Below are positions 54,736 to 64,000 of a stretch of DNA of 64,000 bases, in pieces (the first letter of the stretch is position 1; each line of letters opens with the position of its first letter). A program made the position numbers and the translations under genes. The notes beneath the pieces are model-generated. The model saw only the letters and a program-made list of their open reading frames with translations, was not told the DNA's origin and did no database searches. Where the stretch lies: positions 128,001-192,000 of the forward strand of contig CAJWLU010000004.1 in the NCBI GenBank assembly GCA_913043225.1, read 5' to 3'. The DNA is from an uncultured Acidobacteriota bacterium (GTDB lineage Bacteria; Acidobacteriota; Vicinamibacteria; Vicinamibacterales; UBA8438).

Positions 54736-55746
54736 CTACTCCGCCGCACCGTCTGCCTCCGGCCGCTGGCGCCGCAGCATCAGTTCTTCAACGGCTGCCG
54801 CCGCGGAGATCTGGCCCTCCAATACCTGACTCATCTGGGTGACGATAGGTAAATCTACCTGGTGACGACGACCCAGCGCGAGCGCCGCCTCAGTCGTGCG
54901 TACACCTTCGGCCACCGTGTGCATCGCACCTAGGATCTCCTCCAGGGGCCGTCCCCGTCCAAGCTCGACCCCAACATGGTGATTGCGACTCAATCCACCG
55001 GTACAGGTAAGAATAAGGTCCCCTAGACCGCTTAGACCGGCCAGTGTGTCCCGTCGCCCTCCCAGTGCGTACGCAAGCCGTGAGATCTCGGCGAGTCCCC
55101 GGGTGAGCAAAGCGGCCAAGGCGTTCGGCCCCAGGTTCAACCCCTCCGCCACCCCGGCGGCGATAGCGATGACATTCTTCATGGCACCGCCCATCTCCAC
55201 ACCGGTCACGTCTTCACTCGCATAGAGACGAAGTGAAGGGGATCGAAACTCCTCCTGCACCATCGCCGCCACCTTCGGCCAACGACTCGCCGCCAACACT
55301 GCGGTCGGCGCCCCACGCGCCAGCTCACCGGCAAAGCTCGGCCCAGAAAGCACGGCTACCGGGTGATCCTGTCCTAACTCCTGGGCCATGACTTCGGACA
55401 TGCGATTAAGGCTCTCCTGTTCGAACCCCTTAGTTCCACTCACCACGATGGTTTCCGCCTGCACCAGCGGAGCCAAATCGCGGAGCAGCACCCTGGTCGC
55501 ATGACTCGGGACCGCCCAAACGACACAGTCGACACCCGACACCGCCTCGGGCAGCGAGGCAGTCGGCCGGACGGAGTCGGGAAACGGGATGCCAGACAGA
55601 TACGTCTCGTTCGATCGAGTCTCGGCCAACCTGGAGATCAGCCCCTCATCCCGGCCCCACAACCGCACCTGCTTTCCGAGGCCTCCCAGATGCACCGCTA
55701 GAGCGGTTCCCCACCCCCCGGCTCCGATTACGGTCACCGTCCGCAC
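54736..55746 (-). CDS. gpsA: NAD(P)H-dependent glycerol-3-phosphate dehydrogenase
   Basis: GAGGWGTALA, SGPSFA, KNVIAIAAG, GLGDLILTC, SRN, AEGV. Confidence 0.96.
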   Translation of the reverse strand: MRTVTVIGAGGWGTALAVHLGGLGKQVRLWGRDEGLISRLAETRSNETYLSGIPFPDSVRPTASLPEAVSGVDCVVWAVPSHATRVLLRDLAPLVQAETIVVSGTKGFEQESLNRMSEVMAQELGQDHPVAVLSGPSFAGELARGAPTAVLAASRWPKVAAMVQEEFRSPSLRLYASEDVTGVEMGGAMKNVIAIAAGVAEGLNLGPNALAALLTRGLAEISRLAYALGGRRDTLAGLSGLGDLILTCTGGLSRNHHVGVELGRGRPLEEILGAMHTVAEGVRTTEAALALGRRHQVDLPIVTQMSQVLEGQISAAAAVEELMLRRQRPEADGAAE

Positions 55747-55758
55747 ACTTGCCTCCGA

Positions 55759-56370
55759 TCACTCTCGTGTTGACCCTGTACGAGCGGCGCCGTCTATCCA
55801 GCCCCGCCGCAGCCTCCGCTCAGTCCCGTTCTGGAGACGGGCGAGATTCCCGCGGTGCCGAAACACTACCAGGGCGGCGGCCCCGGCGGCGGCCACCGCT
55901 ACTAGACGATTCCCATCCGTCGCCAACACGAGACCCGGGAGCGAGACCAGGGCGAGCAACGACCCGACCGACACATAGCGCGTCGCCCAGACTCCGAGGC
56001 CGAAAAGCGCTGCGGCCATCAACGCGGCCGGCGGCGACACGGCGGTGAACACCCCAAAGGTGGTAGCCACCCCCTTACCGCCGCGAAAACGGAGCCACGC
56101 GGGGTAGATGTGCCCGACAATGGCCGCAAGGCCCGCGGCAACAACCATCGCCTCATTGGCTCCGAACGCGCGTGCTAACCAGACCGCGGCGCCCCCCTTG
56201 GCCATGTCAAGTACTAGCACCAGTAGCCCCAGCGAGGTGCGGCGCACCCGCAAAACGTTAGCCGCCCCGAGATTGCCGCTCCCGGTCGTTCTGACCGCAG
56301 CCCCGCCGATCAGGAGGGCAAACGACACCGAGCCCAGCAGGTAGCCAACCAGAACCGACCAGATGATCAT
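55759..56370 (-). CDS. plsY: Glycerol-3-phosphate acyltransferase PlsY
   Basis: YLLGS, GSGNLGAANVLR, DMAKG, GHIYP, FRGGKGVAT, RHRGNLARL. Confidence 0.94.
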   Translation of the reverse strand: MIIWSVLVGYLLGSVSFALLIGGAAVRTTGSGNLGAANVLRVRRTSLGLLVLVLDMAKGGAAVWLARAFGANEAMVVAAGLAAIVGHIYPAWLRFRGGKGVATTFGVFTAVSPPAALMAAALFGLGVWATRYVSVGSLLALVSLPGLVLATDGNRLVAVAAAGAAALVVFRHRGNLARLQNGTERRLRRGWIDGAARTGSTRE

Positions 56371-56963
56371 GGCTGCCCGCCGGAAATCTTCTGCTGCGGG
56401 AGCGGGAACCGCTCGATGAACTTGTTGCTGGCACCGCCGTAGGACAAGCGGCTCTCGTAGAGCGTGACCATCTCGACGGTCCACCGAATCAACTCGGTCG
56501 GTGACTCCGCAAGCAGTGGCTTGACGACCGCCCGAGAAGGCTCACCGTGACGCCTGACACCGCCCAGGGTCAGGTGCAAACGATACGCGCGGATCTCAGT
56601 GGCCATGCCCAACTGCTGGAGCCGTCTATCGAATTCGGTCTTAACGACGAACACCTCGTCCCGCCCGGTTCCCATCCCCAACCAGAACACCCGGGGCGTT
56701 CCGGAATAAGGAAACACGTCGAAACCATCGAAGCCTGCGTGGAAGGCCGCCGTTTACCAGGCGCCCACCAGCGCACGGCGTACTTCACCGGCCGACTTCG
56801 CGTCTAATTCACCGCGGAGCCGAAACGAGGAGTGCAGCTGTTCGGACCGCATGCAGCGCATCGGAATGCCAGCCTGCTCGAACCTCTGAGCGCTGGACCG
56901 GGCAGTACGGACAGCAGCCCTCCGCGCGTCCGCGTCCAGATCCGCCGCAAGAAACAGTCGCAC
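56367..56963 (-). pseudogene. thpR: RNA 2',3'-cyclic phosphodiesterase (2H family), interrupted
   Basis: VRLFLAADL...LHSSFRLRGE, in-frame TAA at 56754-56756, then FPYSGTPRVFWLG...HLTLG...LYESRL in the same frame; usual position after cinA. Confidence 0.82.
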
Positions 56964-56985
56964 CCTCCCCCGTCCTAGTCCCGCG

Positions 56986-58275
56986 CTAGCCCCGCCGCGC
57001 CAACAGTCGCCTCCGGAGCAGACCCAGCACCGCGAGCGTGGCCATTCGCCGAACCATCGCGCGGTCTCCCGGCCACCGATAGATACGTGTCGATACCTCA
57101 TCACCCGGCCCGGCCACCGCCAGACACACGGTTCCCACCGGCTTGGCCTCCGAACCACCATCGGGACCGGCGACACCGGTGACCCCCAAACCGACATCAG
57201 CCCCGACGACGTGACGCACCCCCTCGGCCATCGCCGCCGCCACCGGTTCGCTCACCGCACCATGCTCTGCCAGCATGGCGGCGTCTACCCCAAGGACCCG
57301 TTGTTTCGCATCGTTGGAGTAGGCCACCACCGCACCGGCGAGGTAACGCGAACAGCCGGGGATGTCGACCAGCCGCGACGTGGCCAGACCGCCAGTGCAC
57401 GACTCCGCCAGTCCTACCCGCAATCCGGCGTCGACCAAGCGCTGGCCGACCACTTCGGCCAGCGAACGACCGTCGGTGCTCAGGAGGTCTTCACCCAGTG
57501 CCGCGCTCAACTCCGCGGTGGCCACATCCAGCACTTTGGTTGCCGTAGTGGGCGCTTCCGACCAGACCGACAGATGGAGCTCCACGAGCCCTGGAGAGGC
57601 CAGAATTGTCGTCTCGACCTTCGGCTCTGACTGTCGCCACCGATCGTAGATCGGCTGAGTTGCCTCCGCGACGTGCGACTCGCCTCGCCCCACAACCTTA
57701 AGGACCCGTCGATACAAACGTCCACTGCCCACCCGTGATTCGAGACGTTTCCGCACGACGTTGGTGAACATCGGCTCGAGCTCACGCGGAGGCCCGGGCA
57801 ACAGGAGTACCACTCGTCCGCCCTGCTCGAGCCAGAGGCCGGGGGCAGTGCCGTGCGGGTTCTCCAGAACCTCGGCGCCTTCCGGGACACACGCCTGGCG
57901 GCGGTTGTTCTCAGGCATTCGCCACCCTCGGGCCGAAAACCGTGCCGCCAGAGCTGCGACTAGTACCGGGTCCTCGAGCAGGGGACGTTCAAGAAGCGCC
58001 GCGACCGTCTCTCGCGTCACATCATCGTCGGTTGGACCGAGCCCTCCCGAAAGCAGGACCAGACTGACTCTTCGGAGCGCCCCCTGCACCGCATCCCGCA
58101 AGACCGCTGGATCATCGCCAACAAGGGACTTCCGCTCGACGGCGATCCCGAGTTCGTTCAGCCCGGCGGTCAAGAACAGGGAGTTGGTGTCGGTCTTGAA
58201 CGGAGTCAGTAGCTCCGAACCCACCGCAATGATCTCGGCTAAACCTCCCCCGGATCTCCCCCAGGTGTTCACCAC
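56986..58275 (-). CDS. cinA: Competence/damage-inducible protein CinA (MoCF + PncC domains)
   Basis: AVGSELL, DTNS, GGLGPTDDD, GTAPG, PGPPRE, AESCTGG, HGAVS, TGVAGPDGG, KPVGTV. Confidence 0.94.
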   Translation of the reverse strand: MVNTWGRSGGGLAEIIAVGSELLTPFKTDTNSLFLTAGLNELGIAVERKSLVGDDPAVLRDAVQGALRRVSLVLLSGGLGPTDDDVTRETVAALLERPLLEDPVLVAALAARFSARGWRMPENNRRQACVPEGAEVLENPHGTAPGLWLEQGGRVVLLLPGPPRELEPMFTNVVRKRLESRVGSGRLYRRVLKVVGRGESHVAEATQPIYDRWRQSEPKVETTILASPGLVELHLSVWSEAPTTATKVLDVATAELSAALGEDLLSTDGRSLAEVVGQRLVDAGLRVGLAESCTGGLATSRLVDIPGCSRYLAGAVVAYSNDAKQRVLGVDAAMLAEHGAVSEPVAAAMAEGVRHVVGADVGLGVTGVAGPDGGSEAKPVGTVCLAVAGPGDEVSTRIYRWPGDRAMVRRMATLAVLGLLRRRLLARRG

Positions 58276-58742
58276 AGCCCTCCTACGGCGAGCAGCGCTC
58301 GAAGCACCAACTGGGCATAGATCCCGGCGATAACGTCATCTGCCATGACCCCCCATCCCCCCGGCAACCGTTCAGCGTGACGTGCCGGAAACGGCTTCAG
58401 GATGTCAAACACTCGAAACAGGGCAAAGGCCAGCACCGCTCCACCGACCCCCACCGGAACCGCCATTAAGGTCACCAGCATGCCGGCGACCTCGTCGATC
58501 ACAATGACCCCAGGATCTCTCCGTTGATAGGCGGTCTCGGTAACTCGCGACGCCAGCACCCCAACCGACAGTACGACCGCCAGGAGGGCGGGCTCGAGCC
58601 AGCCCCAGCCATTGGCACGCAGGAGCCACACCAGAGCCAGCCCCGCAAAGGAACCGACGGTGCCTGGCGCGACCGGCACGAAGCCGCATGGCCCGACAGC
58701 GGCCACGAGGACCCCAAGACGCAAGCGCGACTCCTTTCCCAC
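58269..58742 (-). CDS. pgpA: Phosphatidylglycerophosphatase A
   Basis: PVAPGTVGS, DPGVIVIDEVAG, FRVFDILKPFP, GVMADDVIAG. Confidence 0.94.
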   Translation of the reverse strand: MGKESRLRLGVLVAAVGPCGFVPVAPGTVGSFAGLALVWLLRANGWGWLEPALLAVVLSVGVLASRVTETAYQRRDPGVIVIDEVAGMLVTLMAVPVGVGGAVLAFALFRVFDILKPFPARHAERLPGGWGVMADDVIAGIYAQLVLRALLAVGGLW

Positions 58743-58746
58743 CTCG

Positions 58747-59520
58747 CTACGCGGCCCGCTCAGGCCCTGCGGAAACGGGACGCACCCGGGTCCCAGTGAG
58801 TCGGTCGTGCAGCGTCCGTCCTTCTTGGTCGAACACCATGCACAGCCAACCGAGACCGAGCGTCGCCACCGACAAAGCTCCTCCCACCATCCGATACGTC
58901 GCCGTGGAGATCGGGACTAGCCGCCCACCAGTATCGACGACCCGGAGGCCGAACAGCATCTTCCCGAACGTCTGACCACCAGCCGCCGTCAACAGCACCA
59001 GATAGCTCGCGTCAAGCAGCAACAAAAACAGGCTCAACGGCAGCCAGCGAAGTTGTCCCGCCAATCCGATGTCGAGTCCAGCGAGCCGCAAAGTAAGGAC
59101 GAGCACCAAGAAGTTCACTGTAACGATGAGCAGCAGGTCGAAGAGCGCAGCCCCACACCGCGAAACCACCCCCGCGGCCCGCGCCTTCGACGCGCCCGGT
59201 GTCGATTCCTGACGGCTAGCCTCCTCGGAATCGGACATGGCGCCGGTACGGGAGTCAGATCCTGGGCCAAGTCGAAACGCATTAGCCGTTGGCGTCGGTC
59301 GCCTAACTCCCGGAGGGACCCGTGACTCGGGCTGGCGTGGCGACGCCTCCACCGAGTCTGAGGGAAACAACGGCAGCGACGAGGGTGTCGCCAGGGGCGG
59401 TCCGTCGCCTCGGTGCGGTGACGAAGCGGAACGCCGCCGCCCGGCGGACCGCCCCCCGCCCGAGCCAGGCTGCCTCTCTGACGGGAGGTCCTCACGCGAC
59501 GGCTGGCGAGACGGTGTCAC
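58747..59520 (-). CDS. RDD-family membrane protein with low-complexity N-terminus
   Basis: RCGAALFD, GQTFGKMLFGLRVV, RTLHDRLTGTRV. Confidence 0.85.
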   Translation of the reverse strand: MTPSRQPSREDLPSERQPGSGGGRSAGRRRSASSPHRGDGPPLATPSSLPLFPSDSVEASPRQPESRVPPGVRRPTPTANAFRLGPGSDSRTGAMSDSEEASRQESTPGASKARAAGVVSRCGAALFDLLLIVTVNFLVLVLTLRLAGLDIGLAGQLRWLPLSLFLLLLDASYLVLLTAAGGQTFGKMLFGLRVVDTGGRLVPISTATYRMVGGALSVATLGLGWLCMVFDQEGRTLHDRLTGTRVRPVSAGPERAA

Positions 59521-59945
59521 GATCGTCCGGACTCGCTGCCGGACCCGGCCGTGTGTCCTTGCGCGGCGACCGAAGACAAGAGGGCACCCAGGGCCGCTCG
59601 TTGAAATTCAACTCTCATGCGATCGACATCGACTCGATCGTCGTCCCCCACTCCGACACGAGAAAGCACCCCGAGTCCGTCGACAAATCGCCCCTCGGCG
59701 GCAAGTGCTTCGGACTCGCGTAACAGAGCGGCCACTGCCGCCCGGGCCCTGTCGATGCAGTCACACGCGAGAGGATGGTCACGGTCCAGTAACGGTACCC
59801 TGGCCCAGACGTCGATCGCAGGTTCGAACTGGCCGCGGAAGTAGTGGGCGAGACCGGAGCGCAACAACTCCGCGATCCTAACGTCTCTGTCGGCAGGAAG
59901 CTGCTCGCTGACCTGGGTCGAAGACTGGGTCGCGGGATCGGCCAT
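59517..59945 (-). CDS. Hypothetical TPR-like protein
   Basis: RIAELLRSGLAHYFRGQFEPAIDVWARV...CIDRAR; stop overlaps start of the RDD gene. Confidence 0.65.
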   Translation of the reverse strand: MADPATQSSTQVSEQLPADRDVRIAELLRSGLAHYFRGQFEPAIDVWARVPLLDRDHPLACDCIDRARAAVAALLRESEALAAEGRFVDGLGVLSRVGVGDDDRVDVDRMRVEFQRAALGALLSSVAAQGHTAGSGSESGRS

Positions 59946-60039
59946 GAGACGAGACCGGCAGGGACATCAGTGACCCTCGGGCGACGATTATGAGCTACCG
60001 CTGGATCGGCGTCAACGGCGACTGTGCTATACGTGCGCC

Positions 60040-60966
60040 ATGCCGCTGATCGAGGTAGTACCCAATATCAGTGAGGGCCGGCGCCCCGACATCGTCGCGG
60101 CACTCGCGGCCACATTCCACGACGCGGCCGACGTCACGCTGCTCGATTACTCCTCCGACGCCACACACAACCGCTCAGTCTTCACGGCCGTCGGTGAGCC
60201 AGCCCCCCTCATCCTCGCGCTACTCGCGATGTATACCGCCGCCCTCACCCGGATAGATCTTCGCCAGCACCAGGGAGTGCACCCCCGGGTCGGCGCCGTC
60301 GACGTAACGCCGTTCGTGCCACTTACACCGGACGACTTACCTTGCTGCGTTGACGCAGCTCACGCCCTCGGGCATGAAGTAGCCGCCAGATTCGGCCTCC
60401 CGGTCTTCTTCTACGAGGCCGCTGCACGCGCGCCGCACCGGAGACCGCTCGAAGCTCTTCGGAGGGGCGGTCTGTCCGGGCTCACTGCGCGGCTGGCTGA
60501 CGCACTCTGGACACCGGATTGCGGCCCCTCTTCCCCCCATCCTACTGGAGGCGTTACCGTCATTGGATCCCGGCTCCCGCTCGTCGCCTTCAACGTGCAG
60601 CTGGCCACGGAAGACCTTGAACTCGCCCGACGAATCGCCCGCGCGGTCCGAACCTCAGGCGGCGGTCTGCCGGCGGTCAAGGCGATCGGCGTCGCCACGG
60701 CCGACCCGCACATCGTGCAGGTCTCGATGAACCTAGTGGACTATAGCCGCACGTCGGTCTGGGAGGCGTTTGAAGCTGTCTCACGAGAGGCGGAACGCTC
60801 GGGCGTCAACGTGCACGACAGCGAGATCATCGGACTGGCGCCCTCCGCAGCGCTCCTCGATGCCGCCACTACTGCACTGCGACTCAGAGCGTTCAAATCG
60901 CACCGACTTCTAGAGTGTCGCCTTCAGACCGCCCGCTCGGCGCCTCCGCCTGACGAGGCGACCTGA
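60040..60966 (+). CDS. ftcD: Glutamate formiminotransferase (stand-alone)
   Basis: LIEVVPNISEGR, DATHNRSVFT, HQGVHPRVGAVDVTPFVP, LVAFNVQL, QVSMNL, SEIIGLAP. Confidence 0.92.
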   Translation: MPLIEVVPNISEGRRPDIVAALAATFHDAADVTLLDYSSDATHNRSVFTAVGEPAPLILALLAMYTAALTRIDLRQHQGVHPRVGAVDVTPFVPLTPDDLPCCVDAAHALGHEVAARFGLPVFFYEAAARAPHRRPLEALRRGGLSGLTARLADALWTPDCGPSSPHPTGGVTVIGSRLPLVAFNVQLATEDLELARRIARAVRTSGGGLPAVKAIGVATADPHIVQVSMNLVDYSRTSVWEAFEAVSREAERSGVNVHDSEIIGLAPSAALLDAATTALRLRAFKSHRLLECRLQTARSAPPPDEAT

Positions 60967-60992
60967 TCACGAAGCCACTGACCGTCCCGATT

Positions 60993-61451
60993 TCATTCCT
61001 TGGTGTCCAGCAGGTCGTGGAGCTCGGTCATGAATTCCCCGATATCTCGAAAATGACGATACACCGAGGCAAAGCGAACGTAGGCGACTTTGTCCAGCTG
61101 CTTCAGCTCCTGCATCACGAAGGCACCCACCTCCGCTGTCGGCATCTCCTTTTCCGGCCGCTCCTGCAGAATAGCCTCGACGCGGTCAGCAATCGCCTCG
61201 ACCGCCGCCACAGACACCGGCCGTTTCTCGCAGGCCTTGAGCATGCCTCCAGTCACCTTCAGGCGGTCGAACCGCTCTCGGCTCCCGTCCTTCTTCACCA
61301 CCATGTACGGGATCTCGTCGATCCGCTCATAGCTGGTGAACCGCCGGCCGCAGTCCTGGCATTCGCGACGGCGGCGAATGACTTCGCCCTCCCTGCTCTC
61401 GCGAGAGTCGACGACCTTGTCGCCGAGATGGCCGCAGAACGGACACTTCAT
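60993..61451 (-). CDS. nrdR: Transcriptional repressor NrdR
   Basis: [41 protein letters not shown]. Confidence 0.97.
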   Translation of the reverse strand: MKCPFCGHLGDKVVDSRESREGEVIRRRRECQDCGRRFTSYERIDEIPYMVVKKDGSRERFDRLKVTGGMLKACEKRPVSVAAVEAIADRVEAILQERPEKEMPTAEVGAFVMQELKQLDKVAYVRFASVYRHFRDIGEFMTELHDLLDTKE

Positions 61452-61476
61452 CGCTGCCCTCCCCTCGTCACCATTC

Positions 61477-62577
61477 TCACGCCTCGCCGCGGCCCGTTGT
61501 GCCGATGGCCGCTGACATAGGTGCTCCCGAACCTGGCTCCGCGGCTTCCGTCGCCGACGACGCCTGCCCGTCTTCACCGGCGAGATCGACAGCCGCGCGC
61601 CAGGTCAGTCCCTCGCGCGCCATTAACACAATGCCGAGCGCCGTGATCGGTCCGAACGACAGCGCGTGCAAGACGAGAGCCGCCCCCACCGCCGCGTCGA
61701 CCGGGGCACCGTAGAAGCTGGTCGTCCCGATCTGGAAGAGCGCATGGAACCCGCCGACACCGGCGGGCGTCGGCACCGCCACCCCCAGTACCATCAGAAC
61801 CATCACGAGCAACGCCCCGCTAAGTGGCAGCGCGATCCCGAACGCCTGGCAAATCGTCCAGGCCGAAGCCGCGACCGCCAACCAGAGTGGCACTGACCAC
61901 AGCAGCCCAAAACCCAACCGCAGAGGCTGACCAGCCACCGCGAACCCAGCGCTGAACCTGGCCAAGAACTGATACGCTGCCCGGCCGAGTCGCCCCGGCA
62001 GCCACTGCTCGACCCGGGTACACAGCGATGCCGTTCGCTCTGGCGCACCGGCCATCCACATCACAACAACCAGGGCCATAACCGCGCCACCAGCCGCCGC
62101 CAGCCCTCCCAGCTTGAGCGGCGCCAGCATCGACTCATCTGTGTTCACGACCGTGTCGCCAAAGATGGTCAAGAAGACCCCGAGCAGAAGCACCACCGTG
62201 ATGAGGTCGAGTAACCGCTCAAGCACCACCGTTGCGAACGCCGCGCTAGCCGTGATGCTAGTCTTCCGTGCTAGGAGATAGGGGCGCAACACCTCACCAA
62301 GACGACCGGGCAGGACCGACGAAGTGGCGAAACCAATCACCGTCGCCCTAGCGGCGGAGCCGAATGGGACCGAGGCGATCGGAGCCAGCAGCAGCTGCCA
62401 CCGCCAGATCCGAGCGAGATAGGTCACGACGATCGCCACACAGGTCGCAACGACCATCGAGAATCGAGCGCGCGTGATCTCGGACCACACCGATGCCAAG
62501 TCGGCGTTGCGTAGAAAGAACGCCATCAGTCCAACCACCAGGAAGACGATGGCACCGGATTTCAGGACATCACGCAT
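61477..62577 (-). CDS. Lysylphosphatidylglycerol synthase TM-domain / flippase-like protein
   Basis: [43 protein letters not shown]; many TMs. Confidence 0.85.
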   Translation of the reverse strand: MRDVLKSGAIVFLVVGLMAFFLRNADLASVWSEITRARFSMVVATCVAIVVTYLARIWRWQLLLAPIASVPFGSAARATVIGFATSSVLPGRLGEVLRPYLLARKTSITASAAFATVVLERLLDLITVVLLLGVFLTIFGDTVVNTDESMLAPLKLGGLAAAGGAVMALVVVMWMAGAPERTASLCTRVEQWLPGRLGRAAYQFLARFSAGFAVAGQPLRLGFGLLWSVPLWLAVAASAWTICQAFGIALPLSGALLVMVLMVLGVAVPTPAGVGGFHALFQIGTTSFYGAPVDAAVGAALVLHALSFGPITALGIVLMAREGLTWRAAVDLAGEDGQASSATEAAEPGSGAPMSAAIGTTGRGEA

Positions 62578-62853
62578 GGATACCTCGCCCACGCGGCCGG
62601 CCATTGCACCTGCTGGAACATTGCGCCGGGTCAAGATCTTCCTGACGACAGAGGAAACGAACCGGCGCCGGACGGCAGGCAACGGACCCGCACGCGAAGG
62701 ATGCGTGCGCCCGGTTCAGGGACAAGCGGCGCAAGTCATCCGACTGTACTACAACGACCGACACGCGTCTGCCGTCGCTTTCGATTTTCTCGCTTGCCGC
62801 ACACGTGGCTCTTCAGTAAGCTAAGCGCTCTTAGCGCGCCTATTGAGGATCCC

Positions 62854-63795
62854 GTGACGTCCGCACCTCCCCTCTTTGAAACGTCTCTTAACGGCCTGAC
62901 TCATCAACGTCGCGGCAAGGTCCGGGACATGTATGAGGTCGGCGATCATCTGTTGATGGTCGCCACCGATCGGATCTCGGCGTACGACCTGGTGTTGGGC
63001 TCGGTCATTCCAGACAAGGGCAAAGTGCTGACCCAGTTGTCAGCCTTCTGGTTCCGTCGGACCGGCGACCTCGTCCCCAATCACATGGTGTCGACCGACC
63101 CGGATGAGTACCCCGACCAGTGCCGACCCCATGCAGATCTGCTACGTGGGCGTTCGATGCTCGTGCGAAAGACCTATCCGATCCCAGTGGAGTGTGTGGC
63201 CCGCGGCTATCTCGCCGGATCGGGCTGGGCCGACTACAAACGGACCGGCGCGGTCTGCGGCATCTCGCTGCCCGAGGGCATGACTCAATCTCAGCGGCTC
63301 CCCGAACCGATCTTCACTCCCGCCACTAAGGCGGAGACCGGGCACGACGAGAACATCAGCGCAGACGAGGCGGCCGACATCATCGGCCCGCGGCTCCTGG
63401 AGCAGCTCCGCACGCTGACAATCCAACTCTACAGCCATGGTGCCGCGCACGCCGAAACGTGCGGCATCATCGTGGCCGACACGAAGTTCGAGTTCGGCTT
63501 GGTCCGCGCCCCCGGGTTCGACGGCCCCACGAACGCCGACCTTGGGGAGGGCGACGAGGTCGTTCTCATCGACGAGGTCTTGACGCCGGACTCCTCACGT
63601 TTCTGGCCGCAGGACATCTACCAGGCCGGAGCGGCACAACCCAGCTTCGACAAACAGTTCGTCCGGGATCATCTCGACGAACTGGCCTGGAACCGCCAGC
63701 CACCGGCGCCCTCGCTCCCCGATGAGGTCGTTCGGCGAACCCGCGAGAAGTATCTCGAGGCCTACCGTCTATTGGCGGGCCACGAACTGGACTAG
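62854..63795 (+). CDS. purC: SAICAR synthetase
   Basis: RGKVRDMY, ATDRISAYD, ECVARGYLAGSG, FTPATKA, ADTKFEFG, DEVLTPDSSRFW, FDKQFVRD. Confidence 0.97.
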   Translation: MTSAPPLFETSLNGLTHQRRGKVRDMYEVGDHLLMVATDRISAYDLVLGSVIPDKGKVLTQLSAFWFRRTGDLVPNHMVSTDPDEYPDQCRPHADLLRGRSMLVRKTYPIPVECVARGYLAGSGWADYKRTGAVCGISLPEGMTQSQRLPEPIFTPATKAETGHDENISADEAADIIGPRLLEQLRTLTIQLYSHGAAHAETCGIIVADTKFEFGLVRAPGFDGPTNADLGEGDEVVLIDEVLTPDSSRFWPQDIYQAGAAQPSFDKQFVRDHLDELAWNRQPPAPSLPDEVVRRTREKYLEAYRLLAGHELD

Positions 63796-63831
63796 CCATC
63801 CGCCACCGGGCGGCCGGACGAGGGAACGAGA

Positions 63832-64000
63832 GTGCGCGATCAGCTCTATCGGTTGGTGGATGAGATGGTGGCCAAGGGCATCCTGTATGAGGATGCCCGA
63901 CAGGAGTTCGAACGGCGGTTCATCAGCAGAGCGCTTGCCCGTTCAAAGGGCAACGTAGGTCGCGCCGCCAAGATGATCGGCATCCACCGCAACACCCTGA
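63832..64000 (+). CDS. Fis-family HTH protein (3' end outside window)
   Basis: Not in ORF track. Manual translation from GTG: MRDQLYRLVDEMVAKGILYEDARQEFERRFISRALARSKGNVGRAAKMIGIHRNTL. Confidence 0.85.
   Translation, partial: MRDQLYRLVDEMVAKGILYEDARQEFERRFISRALARSKGNVGRAAKMIGIHRNTL

Noticed and set aside
43620..56963. Stop-codon reassignment as an explanation for the in-frame stops
   Set aside because: Both TAA and TAG occur, both terminate intact genes normally elsewhere in the window, and the affected genes show other decay

Overview
A GC-rich, gene-dense bacterial chromosomal segment made almost entirely of housekeeping genes. It contains TCA genes (mdh-sucCD, 2-oxoacid:ferredoxin oxidoreductase), serA, a Kdo/LPS cluster (kdsB-pyrG-kdsA-kdsD-lapB-coaE), folD, two Na+/amino-acid symporters, rplM-rpsI-rpsB-tsf-pyrH-frr, two different threonine-synthase-family genes around tRNA-Ala(CGC), lolA plus an orphan secretin, a peptidoglycan recycling/synthesis operon, ffh-rpsP-khpA-rimM-trmD-rplS-rnhB, rib genes, ftsY, gpsA-plsY, cinA-pgpA, ftcD, nrdR, purC and a Fis-like gene. 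Gene order and protein style suggest a diderm acidobacterium, possibly Vicinamibacteria (an impression, not a database result). I see no CRISPR array, prophage, integrase, IS or rRNA. The best candidate for an undescribed system is the tightly coupled nagZ-ldcA-mpl-pxpB-pxpC-murB-murA operon. It embeds PxpB/PxpC without PxpA, shares a palindromic -10 box with a divergent HddA-like GHMP sugar kinase, and ends in a MurA with the Cys-to-Asp change. Also notable: four pseudogenes not evident as such in the ORF track (pilM remnant, ilvA, a conserved hypothetical, thpR), a plant-type threonine synthase, a probable CTG start for trmD, several apparently leaderless genes and a small DnaA-box cluster. 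All calls rest on motif recognition by eye; no searches were run.
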